This document shows, one piece after another, positions 30,542 through 39,674 of a stretch of 64,000 bases of DNA. The notes under the pieces are model-generated. The model ran no database searches. It saw nothing but the letters and a program-made list of their open reading frames with translations, and was not told the DNA's origin. The stretch's first letter is position 1; every line of letters starts with the position of its first letter. The position numbers and the translations under genes are program-made. Location of the stretch: the NCBI GenBank assembly GCA_028715115.1, contig JAQUSN010000001.1, positions 283,150-347,149 of the forward strand, in the 5' to 3' direction. Source of the DNA: Patescibacteria group bacterium (GTDB taxonomy: Bacteria; Patescibacteriota; Patescibacteriia; UBA2591; UBA4787).

Positions 30542-31207
30542 ATGATTGCGAAATTATTGTCTGCGGTAAATGTCGGGCTTGAAGCGCGCTTAGTTGAAAT
30601 AGAAGTTGACGTCAGCCGCGCTTTCCCGTGTTTTAATATCGTTGGCTTACCGGATAAGGCCGTGGAAGAGGCGAAAGAGCGGGTGCGCGCGGCCATAGAA
30701 AATTCCGGCCTAAAGTTTCCTGGCCAGCGTCGCATTGTTGTTAACTTGGCTCCGGCTGACATAAAAAAAGAAGGCCCAGTTTACGATTTGGCCATCGCCT
30801 TAGGAGTTTTAATCGCTTCTGAACAATTACCGCAAGAAATCCTTAAGCAAGGGATTTTTTTCTTGGGAGAATTAGCGCTTAACGGAGAATTACGGCACAC
30901 GCGCGGCATTTTACCGATGATGATTTTTGCCCGAGAGAAAGCCATCAGTGAAATATATTTGCCCAAAGATAATTTAGCAGAAGCGCAGCTTATTCCCGGA
31001 CTCACTATTTATCCTTTAAATTCTTTAAGCGAATTAATCGGCCATTTAACCAAAGCCAAAACTATTGAGCCAATTATTAGTAGAGGAGTAAAAATAGAGG
31101 CGAGCGATGAATTTGAGGTTGACATGGCTTATATCAAGGGCCAAGAATTTATTAAACGCGCCCTAGAAATCACTGCGGCCGGTGGGCATAATATTTTGGT
31201 GGTATGA
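30542..31207 (+). pseudogene. comM: comM (Mg-chelatase-like YifB), N-terminal fragment truncated by an insertion
   Basis: Lon-like N domain that ends ...AAGGHNILVV-stop, exactly where the ComM Walker A (GPPGTGKT) should follow. The remainder of the gene resumes at 48758. Confidence 0.75.
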
Positions 31208-31392
31208 ACAACATCCCACCAATGGCCTTAGATTTGAGATAGAAGCAACGTTCTAACAATATTGACGAGGTGGTCGTGAATTATAATAAATTAAAAGTTG
31301 GTATCTCAAAATTGTTCTATCCCCCTGAAATCATTGTTTTATTCAAATTTAGTGATAATATAAATTTATAGTAAAATAACTTTATAAATCAT

Positions 31393-32250
31393 ATGAAACG
31401 AAGCTATAAAGATCGGTATAATGATGGTAATGATTTTGCAAACCTTGTTACGGGGATCATAGTTTTTTATCTTCTTTATTTAGTTCTTTTGTGGTTTACC
31501 AATAAAGCTAATTTCTGGCGGTGGTTGTTATACGGTTTTGGTGTTGTTGCTTTATCGTTTATCGGTGTTTTAGTTTGGCGTAGAATGAAAGAGAAAAGAC
31601 GTTTAGCAAAAAGAGATTGGACTGTTAACACTATCAGTCAAGCTGGACTTGAAGAATCTATTAATAATTTTATAGTCCGATTCGGTCTTGGCGAAAGAAG
31701 CAAAAACGCCTGGAGACGAAGAAACTATAACATAGATTGGTATCGTATTCATGATCTTCAGGAGGATCTGGCCAAACAAAATATCAAATTTACACTTACT
31801 GATATGAGCATTCTTTTGTCTCACTATATTAATAAAAGAGAGCATGATGTGACCACAAAAAGCATCAACGCATCTACCATCAACAGCTTTACAAAATTAA
31901 GCAGTTCTGACTTTGAACGACTTTTGGACAGACTCTACCGAGTTATGGGTTACTCTGTGCAATTAAACGGGAGAACCGGAGATCAGGGCGGAGATTTAAT
32001 TGCCACAAAAGGTCAGGAAAGGATACTTATTCAGGCTAAGTGTTATATCAATTCAACCGTAGGCAATAGTGCAGTGCAGCAAGTCGTCGCCGCAAGAAAT
32101 CATTATGATTGCAACAGAGCAGCGGTGGTCACTAGTGGTTATTTTACAAAAGAGGCGGTAGAGTTGGCTAAAACCAATAATGTAGAATTAATACCACGAG
32201 AAATACTTCAAAAAATGCTTTTAGATTATTTACACGAAAGCTGGAATTGA
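31393..32250 (+). CDS. Membrane-anchored Mrr-type restriction endonuclease domain protein
   Basis: Two N-terminal transmembrane helices. The C-terminus matches Mrr_cat (RVMGYSVQLNGRTGDQGGDLIA...ILIQAKCY...VQQV...AAVVTSGYFTKEAVELAKTNNVELI). Confidence 0.6.
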   Translation: MKRSYKDRYNDGNDFANLVTGIIVFYLLYLVLLWFTNKANFWRWLLYGFGVVALSFIGVLVWRRMKEKRRLAKRDWTVNTISQAGLEESINNFIVRFGLGERSKNAWRRRNYNIDWYRIHDLQEDLAKQNIKFTLTDMSILLSHYINKREHDVTTKSINASTINSFTKLSSSDFERLLDRLYRVMGYSVQLNGRTGDQGGDLIATKGQERILIQAKCYINSTVGNSAVQQVVAARNHYDCNRAAVVTSGYFTKEAVELAKTNNVELIPREILQKMLLDYLHESWN

Positions 32251-32318
32251 TTGTAAAGGGACTTCAGTAACAAAGAAGAGCCTTGACGGGGGCTCTTCTT
32301 ATGATATAATATAAATAT

Positions 32319-33128
32319 ATGAGAAAAACATTAATTCTATCGTTTGGATTTTTAGTGATTTTACTTTTTTTATCTGGTTGCACCATTTCCGAGAATAATC
32401 ATAATAGTCAATTAACAAACATTAGCAACGGAGAAGCTCAAGAAACAACAACGAAAACAGAAGAAACAAACAATCCCAGTGTCCAGACAAACAATTCGGT
32501 CCCAGAAATTCAGTTAACCAACAAACTATTTAAAGTAATTAAAGTTGTCGATGGAGACACAATTGATGTTGATTTAGACGGGAAGACAGAAAGACTAAGG
32601 CTTATTGGGATTGATACCCCCGAGACAGTTGATCCGAGGAAAGTCGTTCAGTGCTTTGGAAAAGAGGCATCAGATAAAGCAAAAGAGATTTTAAATGGGA
32701 AAATGGTATCTCTTGAATCCGACAAAACACAGGGAGAAAGAGATAAATATGACAGACTGTTAAGATATGTTTATTTAGAAGACGGAACTATGTTTAATAG
32801 GTATATGATTGCCGAAGGATATGCTCATGAATATACATATCAAAGCAATCCCTATAAATATCAAGCAGAATTTAAAGAGACAGAAAAGCAGGCCAGAGAA
32901 CAGAATAAGGGGCTTTGGGATATTAATACTTGTAATGGAGATACGGCTCAAGCTGCCGATAAAGATCTAAGCAAGATTAATGATGTAGACCAACCGCAAG
33001 TTAAAAAAAGCACCACTGGGATATGTCATGAGAAGGGATCGACATATTATTTAAGAACAACGCATTTTACGCCTTATAACTCTATTGAAGAATGTCTAAA
33101 TAGCGGAGGGAGATTACCCTTAAGATAA
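32319..33128 (+). CDS. Secreted lipoprotein thermonuclease (SNase-like)
   Basis: Lipobox LSGC. SNase motifs KVVDGDTIDV and RLIGIDTPE. The C-terminal 40-aa Cys/His module is shared with the next ORF. Confidence 0.65.
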   Translation: MRKTLILSFGFLVILLFLSGCTISENNHNSQLTNISNGEAQETTTKTEETNNPSVQTNNSVPEIQLTNKLFKVIKVVDGDTIDVDLDGKTERLRLIGIDTPETVDPRKVVQCFGKEASDKAKEILNGKMVSLESDKTQGERDKYDRLLRYVYLEDGTMFNRYMIAEGYAHEYTYQSNPYKYQAEFKETEKQAREQNKGLWDINTCNGDTAQAADKDLSKINDVDQPQVKKSTTGICHEKGSTYYLRTTHFTPYNSIEECLNSGGRLPLR

Positions 33129-33161
33129 TATTTATATAAATAACAGTTAACCATCAAAATT

Positions 33162-33422
33162 ATGAAAAAATGTTTATTAGTCGCCTCGCTATTAATTATT
33201 TTAGTATCCTTAATAGGATGTAGTGCTTCAAATAATAATTATAACCCTACCCCCAATCTTCCTGCCCTTCCTCAATATAATGGAGAACCACAGGTTAAGA
33301 AGAGCACAAGCAACATTTGTCACGAGAGAGGGTCAACCTATTATGATAGAACGAAAAATTTTATTCCTTATAATTCCATTCAAGAATGTTTAAATAGTGG
33401 AGGGAGACTGCCTTTAAAATAA
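33162..33422 (+). CDS. Small secreted lipoprotein carrying the same C-terminal CHExGSTYY...PYNSIxECLNSGGRLP module
   Basis: Lipobox LIGC. Its last 40 aa are about 75% identical to the C-terminus of the 32319-33128 protein. Confidence 0.45.
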   Translation: MKKCLLVASLLIILVSLIGCSASNNNYNPTPNLPALPQYNGEPQVKKSTSNICHERGSTYYDRTKNFIPYNSIQECLNSGGRLPLK

Positions 33423-33555
33423 ACAGGGTCGAATATCGTCCAGTCTCCCACCCCAGAATTTAAAAAAGAGCCTTGATAAAGGGCTCTTCTGGGCATCTTG
33501 ACTTTTAATGGGGAACATGATAGTATTATAAGATAATATATCAATTCAAAAAACT

Positions 33556-34707
33556 ATGAAAAAAATATTCATTGTCGCAATGGTTTTATTCTTTAGTCTT
33601 ATATTGCAAACTTCAAATGTCTATGCTGTACATGTAAATGGATACTATCGAGCTAATGGGACATACGTTAATTCTTATGAACGTACTGCACCAGATAGTA
33701 GCCCGTACAATAACTATGGTTATCCAGGGAACTATAACCCCAATACAGGGAAAATTACTGGGGGCAATGCAGGTACTTATTTAAATAATTATTATAAGAC
33801 TTCATCTGGAAATAGTTACGGTTATCCATCAACATCCTATACTGCTCCGTCTACACCATCTTGTCCATCGAATTCATACTATGATGGCATTGGTTCTTGT
33901 AAGTGTAGCTACGGGTACCTTGTTAGTGGCGGGAGTTGTGTGTCGGCAAATAGCGTGTGTTATGCCCAAACTGGTTATGGTTCAAGCTATGACTCTTTAA
34001 GTAAAAGCTGTAAATGCAACTCAGGGTATATCATAGGGCCTTCTGGTCAATGCATAAGTGCTAGTTTGTATTGTTCCACTCAGTTGGGGTTGATGTCTCA
34101 ATATAACAGCATATCAAAAAAATGTGAGTGCATGGCAGGCTACAAATTTAATGGTTCAAGTTGCGTATATCAATCGCCAAGTTATTCGGTAAAATCATAC
34201 GATTGTCCGCTCAATTCACACATCTCAACCGTTGATCCAACAAAATGTCAGTGCGATTCAGGATATCAGGTTAATTCAATAAAAACTGCGTGTGTGATTA
34301 TTGCAACTCAAAATTTGACCACTCCTATTTCTGGAACTGGTGACTCAGGCATTGGCACTAATTCTGCTTCCCAAGCTTGCTCTTGGGGTTATAAGAAAAA
34401 CCGTGTTAATGGTCAATGTGATAAAGTTGTGGTTCCTTCTAACGCTCATTTCGTTTATTCGGGGGATGACTGGGTTTGTGATAATGGTTATAAACAAATA
34501 GGGAACTATTGTCAATTAATTCAAGTTGGTCAAACTACACCAACATCTGATAATCAGGAGTGCAATTGGGGATATAAGAGGAGTGGTGTTGCTCCTTGTG
34601 AAGTAATAATTTTACCATCACATGCTCATTATACTTATGATGGTCACGACTGGGTTTGTGATAATGGTTATAAGCAAATTAAAGATGCGTGCTATTCTAC
34701 AAAATAA
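33556..34707 (+). CDS. Secreted cysteine-rich repeat protein
   Basis: Signal peptide. Repeated CxCxxGY...G.C modules and a duplicated HAH.Y.GDDWVCDNGYKQI unit. Confidence 0.45.
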   Translation: MKKIFIVAMVLFFSLILQTSNVYAVHVNGYYRANGTYVNSYERTAPDSSPYNNYGYPGNYNPNTGKITGGNAGTYLNNYYKTSSGNSYGYPSTSYTAPSTPSCPSNSYYDGIGSCKCSYGYLVSGGSCVSANSVCYAQTGYGSSYDSLSKSCKCNSGYIIGPSGQCISASLYCSTQLGLMSQYNSISKKCECMAGYKFNGSSCVYQSPSYSVKSYDCPLNSHISTVDPTKCQCDSGYQVNSIKTACVIIATQNLTTPISGTGDSGIGTNSASQACSWGYKKNRVNGQCDKVVVPSNAHFVYSGDDWVCDNGYKQIGNYCQLIQVGQTTPTSDNQECNWGYKRSGVAPCEVIILPSHAHYTYDGHDWVCDNGYKQIKDACYSTK

Positions 34708-34982
34708 AATTATATTTAATAACATAGAGATTATTATTGCTACTATTTGAGAAAAAGAGCCCTGATAAGGGGCTCTTTTTAGGTACGAAGGGTTAATAAT
34801 GGTTAATATTGATCTGACTCAATTTGGACAAAGAGGGCAAAACACTATTTTAAAAGAGAATATGGTGTTTTATTTTAGCTTGGACCACTCAACCAATGCC
34901 GAGAGTCACTCCAAAACCTGGTTGTGCTAACGCCACGACATACTTAGAGAATTCAGTTCGCTTTTTCACCCCTCAAGATCCA

Positions 34983-35618
34983 TTATGTAATCAGGTTAGA
35001 AGTTGTTTTGTTTAAAAGCAAAGAGCTTGATCTTTTAAATAGGACAATAATTATGATTAAAGGTATAACAAATAAAAATACAATAATGCCTATAGTAAAG
35101 ACGCTTTGTCCAAAATGGCTGAGGCCATTAACCCAGTTGGGAGAGAATAGGTTGGGAATAAAATTATATGCTCCGTGAAATAATATTGAAAACAAAAAGC
35201 CCAAGAAGGGCTTATTAAGCAGGATAAAGTATATTAGAATTATAGAGGCTGCAGGATGCACTAAACTTAAGAATCTTAATGGGGTAAATTGAGCACCACC
35301 AGCTAAACAATACATTAAGTGCTCTAAAATAGTAAAAACTATAGAAACTATTAAAATCTGTCCAACCCATTTAACTTTATTTGATTTGCCTGAAAAAAAT
35401 TTGAACCCAAAATATTTTAATAACTCTTCTGTTATAGGAGAATAAAGGAAGAGATAAATAAAAAGACTGAGAGGGGCGCCCCCGGCTATAAAATCAATAA
35501 AGGGTTTATAGATGATTCTAACAGTAAAATATAAGAATCCTGTTAGTAAGAAAGCTAAAATACCTCCCAAAACACCAAGAAATACATCTCGTTTATTTAG
35601 AATACGTAATAGATTCAT
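34983..35618 (-). CDS. CPBP-family intramembrane metalloprotease (CAAX protease/Abi family)
   Basis: EELLKY (motif 1), FxxxEHxxY and HGAYN (motif 3). Multi-transmembrane. Confidence 0.55.
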   Translation of the reverse strand: MNLLRILNKRDVFLGVLGGILAFLLTGFLYFTVRIIYKPFIDFIAGGAPLSLFIYLFLYSPITEELLKYFGFKFFSGKSNKVKWVGQILIVSIVFTILEHLMYCLAGGAQFTPLRFLSLVHPAASIILIYFILLNKPFLGFLFSILFHGAYNFIPNLFSPNWVNGLSHFGQSVFTIGIIVFLFVIPLIIIIVLFKRSSSLLLNKTTSNLIT

Positions 35619-36304
35619 ATAGTAAAGAATAGATCATTGTTTGCAATTCAACAAGCTTTTTGTTAATTTTTATCACTATTATTTAGAGGCAAAGACTCCC
35701 AAAAAACGGGAGTCTTTTTGTCGGAGTAGCAAGCTACTGAAAGAGAAACAAAATTTCGTCGTTTGTTCTACTCTTTGTTCGCTCCCGCAAACGCGGCTCT
35801 TGGTGTGCCCGTAAGCCACCGTTGCTTTTAACCGCACCTTTCACCCATCTCTGGGCAAATCCACCGCACAAAGGCGGATGGCGGACTTATTACAACACTG
35901 TTATCAGCGAAAAGCCGATAAACACCAACTCTCGCTACTCCAATTAGATTATAGCGCTCTTTTGTTTAATGTCATAAAATAAGGCTTGTGCGACCACCAT
36001 TCTCTATTCTACAACTAGCGTTTTGTGGATTTTTATAAATTCTTTCATAAATATTTATATAAAAAGTGGTTCATGGATAAAACTGGTCAAAACGACTACG
36101 AGAAACACTGAATAATGCTTGCTTCACAATGTTTTTCTGAACTTTTATGCAAAAAATGGTTATTAGAAAAACTATGTCAAAATAACCACGTCACTACACA
36201 GGGGCGGATTTACTTTATTTATTACCTACCCCGCCATGCTGCACGCCCTATATTTTTTAAAAAAATAGGGTCGTTCCTCATTGAGTAACGAAAAAAAGTG
36301 AGAA

Positions 36305-36643
36305 TCAATCCTTGACTAAAACCTCCCTGGGGACAGAGCCGTTGGCTGGACCGACGATACCCTCTGCCTCCAAGAGATCCAAAAGATGGGCTGCCCTAGC
36401 ATATCCAACGCGTAGTCGACGCTGGATAAGTGATGCCGAAGCCCTACCAGCTTTAATCACAGCCTCGCGTGCATCTGGCAACAATTCATCGTCAGTTAAA
36501 TCACTAAAATCTCCAGTTTTATCAAAAGAAAATATTTTTTTATTTAATAGCTCAATCCCCTTTCTTAATTTAGCAATCTCTAAAATAAGCCAAACGAAAA
36601 GCCCGAGGGATATTAAAGATACAAGAACAAGCAAGGTAATCAT
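36305..36643 (-). CDS. Small membrane protein: N-terminal transmembrane helix fused to an FtsK gamma (winged-helix) domain
   Basis: ELLPDAREAVIKAGRASASLIQRRLRVGYARAAHLLDLLEAEGIVGPANGSVPREVLV matches the FtsK gamma consensus. It is a shorter paralog of the 37577-38050 protein. Confidence 0.6.
   Translation of the reverse strand: MITLLVLVSLISLGLFVWLILEIAKLRKGIELLNKKIFSFDKTGDFSDLTDDELLPDAREAVIKAGRASASLIQRRLRVGYARAAHLLDLLEAEGIVGPANGSVPREVLVKD
36370..36480. repeat. Direct repeat of about 110 nt (about 88% identity) with 37650-37760, the gamma-domain coding segments
   Basis: ...ccaacgcgtagtcgRcgctggataagYga.gccgaagccctaccagctttaatcacagcctcgcgtgc is present in both. Confidence 0.6.
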
Positions 36644-36681
36644 AAAATATATTATTTAATTTTATTAAAAATATCTCAAAA

Positions 36682-37572
36682 TTATTGGGTCTGATGAGCA
36701 ATCTTATATATATCTTCATCGCTAACAAGGGCCACCCGAAACTTAATAGGTCCTTTTTCGCCAATATAAGGGTTGGTCAACAGGGCTTCGTATCCTAACT
36801 CCAGTTTTTCTGCTCCTCCATAATCAAAGATAAACTCTGTGTCTTCTTTACTAATAGTAGCAAAGCAAATTTTAGTTGTAAAATTTACCCGAAGAAGAAT
36901 AGGTAAAACCTCTTCTTTAAAATACCAGGCATTGATAATTAACCGAATATTAACGCACCTGCCCAGCTGAAGTATTCTAATTAAGTTTTTCTCTATTGCT
37001 TTTGCCGTTTTCGCATCCTCTAACATAAATTTTGCCATCTCATCTATAATTAAGAATAAGTGGGGCATTTCAAAAGATTTTTCATTATTATATTTATCAG
37101 CAGTACGCATTCTCGCTTCTCGCAAAATATCATATCTTCTATCTAATTCTTTTACTGTTTCATCGGTGGCCTTAAGTAATTCTTCGGCATTTCTCAAAAA
37201 CGGCCCCTTTAAGTATGAAGACTCTGAGAAAAAAGCATAATCAATATAAGACGAATCGGCAATCACAAACTGAAGTTCTTTGGGGGTGAATTTCTTTATC
37301 AAACTAACCATAATAGCGTTAGTATATTCGTTGGTGGGAGAATTAACGTTTCCGCCTATTATTAAATGTGGAAGGTCTTTGAGGTCTAAAAATAGATATT
37401 TCTTATTGGTTACCATCCACAATAGATTAGAAAGCGAGAATCTCTTGCCGACCCTTACTCCCAGCGGAACCACTAAGTTTTTCTTGTCTGCTCCAAATTC
37501 CTTATGTTTCCATAAGTCCTTTGCTAAGGCTGGCTTCCCCTTAAACCTTAATTCTTTGCGAGGATAAATCAT
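36682..37572 (-). CDS. FtsK/SpoIIIE motor-domain homolog with a degenerate P-loop (probable pseudo-ATPase)
   Basis: Aligns with the FtsK beta domain. Where FtsK has PHLLIAGTTGSGKS, this protein has PHLIIGGNVNSPTN, so the Walker A Lys/Ser is lost. Walker B is kept (LFLIIDEMAKFM), as is ELDRRYDIL. There is no transmembrane region and no gamma domain. Confidence 0.6.
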   Translation of the reverse strand: MIYPRKELRFKGKPALAKDLWKHKEFGADKKNLVVPLGVRVGKRFSLSNLLWMVTNKKYLFLDLKDLPHLIIGGNVNSPTNEYTNAIMVSLIKKFTPKELQFVIADSSYIDYAFFSESSYLKGPFLRNAEELLKATDETVKELDRRYDILREARMRTADKYNNEKSFEMPHLFLIIDEMAKFMLEDAKTAKAIEKNLIRILQLGRCVNIRLIINAWYFKEEVLPILLRVNFTTKICFATISKEDTEFIFDYGGAEKLELGYEALLTNPYIGEKGPIKFRVALVSDEDIYKIAHQTQ

Positions 37573-37576
37573 GGGG

Positions 37577-38050
37577 TTATAAAATTTTAATTACTTCTTT
37601 AGTTATAATCTCTCTTGGTTCGGCGCCATCGCCTGGGCCAATCGTACCCTCTGCCTCTAAAAAATCCAAAAGCGCGGCTGCTCTGGCATAACCAACGCGT
37701 AGTCGGCGCTGGATAAGCGAAGCCGAAGCCCTACCAGCTTTAATCACAGCCTCGCGTGCTTTTGGTAATAATTCTTTATCAGTCAAATCAACAAATCCTT
37801 CACCATCAGCTATTCTTCTTAATTGCCCAACTTCATTTCTTATTTGAAAAATTGAGGCCGAGACGTTGTTGCTGCTTATAAGATATTCTCTGACATCTTC
37901 ATAAATTTTATTAAGAATATCGGGGTTTTCTTGGGGAAATAATTTTTTATTTAACGAATCAAGTCCTTTTCTTAATTTAACAACCTCTAAGATAAACCAA
38001 ATGAAAAGACCGATGGACACTATGGATAATAAGACTAAAAATGTGATCAT
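37577..38050 (-). CDS. Membrane protein: N-terminal transmembrane helix, linker, then an FtsK gamma domain
   Basis: ELLPKAREAVIKAGRASASLIQRRLRVGYARAAALLDFLEAEGTIGPGDGAEPREII. The gamma-domain DNA is about 88% identical to 36370-36480. Confidence 0.6.
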   Translation of the reverse strand: MITFLVLLSIVSIGLFIWFILEVVKLRKGLDSLNKKLFPQENPDILNKIYEDVREYLISSNNVSASIFQIRNEVGQLRRIADGEGFVDLTDKELLPKAREAVIKAGRASASLIQRRLRVGYARAAALLDFLEAEGTIGPGDGAEPREIITKEVIKIL

Positions 38051-38103
38051 AAAAATTTATTCAATTTCTACTATTAGTTTATTTCCTACCATATTTTTAT
38101 ATT

Positions 38104-38619
38104 TTATTTTGAGATTTCACATTTTCCAAATGATACTAAAGTCATTGTACCTAGTGTTGCGACGTCAACAAATTCTCCCTTATTACCTAGAATGTCTCCA
38201 GTGGCAACCTTAAACAACATCGCTTGACCTTGCGATGGAACAAATTGTGTAAATTCTCCTGACAGATTTACCTTGACTGGATAAGGGTCACATCCTTTGG
38301 CATCACATCTAAAATATGTTCCGCTTTCGGTACCATAATCTACAAAATAATATGTTGCTGGAGCGTCGGGTTTACATCCATCCATATCACAGTTATATCT
38401 AATAGTTGGAAAACATGAGAGTTCAGCTATGTCTGCCATTGCAGAATGTTGCGCAGATTCATCAAAAGATGTTTTTAATTCTTGACTCGGTGAAATTATA
38501 TCGGAACTGGGGGAATTTGTTATTTCCTTTCCCGTCTTAACAAGCTCTTTATTGAAAAACAAAAAATAAAAAGAGACACCCAATGCAATAACGAGCATAA
38601 AAATAATAAAATTTTTCAT
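38104..38619 (-). CDS. Secreted/membrane-anchored hypothetical protein
   Basis: N-terminal transmembrane/signal segment and Cys pairs. First gene of a minus-strand operon of exported proteins. Confidence 0.35.
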   Translation of the reverse strand: MKNFIIFMLVIALGVSFYFLFFNKELVKTGKEITNSPSSDIISPSQELKTSFDESAQHSAMADIAELSCFPTIRYNCDMDGCKPDAPATYYFVDYGTESGTYFRCDAKGCDPYPVKVNLSGEFTQFVPSQGQAMLFKVATGDILGNKGEFVDVATLGTMTLVSFGKCEISK

Positions 38620-38623
38620 AAAA

Positions 38624-38917
38624 TTATCTTTCGTAAATTACCCTTCTTGCACGAAAACAATAATCAATGCATTCTTCTTTATTGGGAAAATATTTAATTC
38701 CCATCATAACGCCAGCATCAGTATATCCTAAAAAATAACCCCAGGATTTGTCTGTTGGTTCATATTCACAATAAAGATCAGTGCATAAGCGTTTACGAAA
38801 ATTATTAGCTTGAATTTTAGGCTCTATTTTTAATTCAAAAAAGACATAACTTCCAATTATTAGAGCAATAACAAAAATAATCCAACCAACAAAATTTTTA
38901 TTATTTTTGTTTTCCAT
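38624..38917 (-). CDS. Small membrane-anchored hypothetical protein
   Basis: N-terminal transmembrane helix; Cys-containing. Confidence 0.3.
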   Translation of the reverse strand: MENKNNKNFVGWIIFVIALIIGSYVFFELKIEPKIQANNFRKRLCTDLYCEYEPTDKSWGYFLGYTDAGVMMGIKYFPNKEECIDYCFRARRVIYER

Positions 38918-38926
38918 AAATTATCT

Positions 38927-39358
38927 CTATCTAATGACTATGTCAAAGTTATATTCTTCTGCCCATCCAAAATCAGAAAAATTTAATAAGGTTGAATGTA
39001 ACCCCTCTTCTACTATTTCTTTTATATCGTTAAGCCTTGATTGTGATAAATTGCTTTTTGGATAAACGTAGATTACAATGCTTTTTGCAATGACTGACCC
39101 ATAAGCATCAAAATCATCAAAAAAGAGTGAATCTTTTATTTTTCTTCTATAAAAATAGTCATCTATAAACCCCTCGAGTTGTAGCTCGTCTTTTCTGGTA
39201 ATTTCGTTTTCTTGTGGAATTTCTGATTGTTTTTGTTGTTCTTTTTCTGCTCTAGTTTGTTCCCTTTGTGGCAAAAAAATAACAAAATAATAAAAAATAG
39301 AGAGACTAATTAGCAAAATGCCAATCACCAACATAATTTTCCAGTAATTTTTTTTCAT
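38927..39358 (-). CDS. Membrane-anchored hypothetical protein
   Basis: N-terminal transmembrane helix followed by a charged linker. Confidence 0.3.
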   Translation of the reverse strand: MKKNYWKIMLVIGILLISLSIFYYFVIFLPQREQTRAEKEQQKQSEIPQENEITRKDELQLEGFIDDYFYRRKIKDSLFFDDFDAYGSVIAKSIVIYVYPKSNLSQSRLNDIKEIVEEGLHSTLLNFSDFGWAEEYNFDIVIR

Positions 39359-39363
39359 ATATT

Positions 39364-39585
39364 TTATTCTTTTAAACCAAACCTATGAAGGCAAGTTTTA
39401 TAATAAGCATCTATAAACCGTAGCGCTTCCATGTCATCAATTTTAAGAATTGCCGTTTGGTTAAATTCTGCTTCAGCTAAACATACTGACCTTATCTGTC
39501 TTGGTTTATATTCATACCAATAAAAAGCAAAACCTAAAATTAAAATTAAAGTTACAAAAATGAGAAAGTATTTTTTCATAAACAA
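39364..39585 (-). CDS. Small membrane-anchored hypothetical protein
   Basis: N-terminal transmembrane helix. Confidence 0.3.
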   Translation of the reverse strand: MFMKKYFLIFVTLILILGFAFYWYEYKPRQIRSVCLAEAEFNQTAILKIDDMEALRFIDAYYKTCLHRFGLKE

Positions 39586-39674
39586 TTATTTAAGAGGTAA
39601 TCTTCCACCACTATTTAAACCATCCTCAATAGGTTTTTGAGCAATGTTTTTAAACAAGTCCGTTAAACAAGCAT

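Noticed and set aside
35640-36304. Possible tmRNA, RNase P RNA or SRP RNA in the long noncoding stretch
   Set aside because: I could not find the conserved cores (a tRNA-like 3' end with TTCGA..CCA plus a tag ORF ending in ALAA-like residues; the GGAAAGTCCGG P4 motif; the GGAAGCAGC domain IV).
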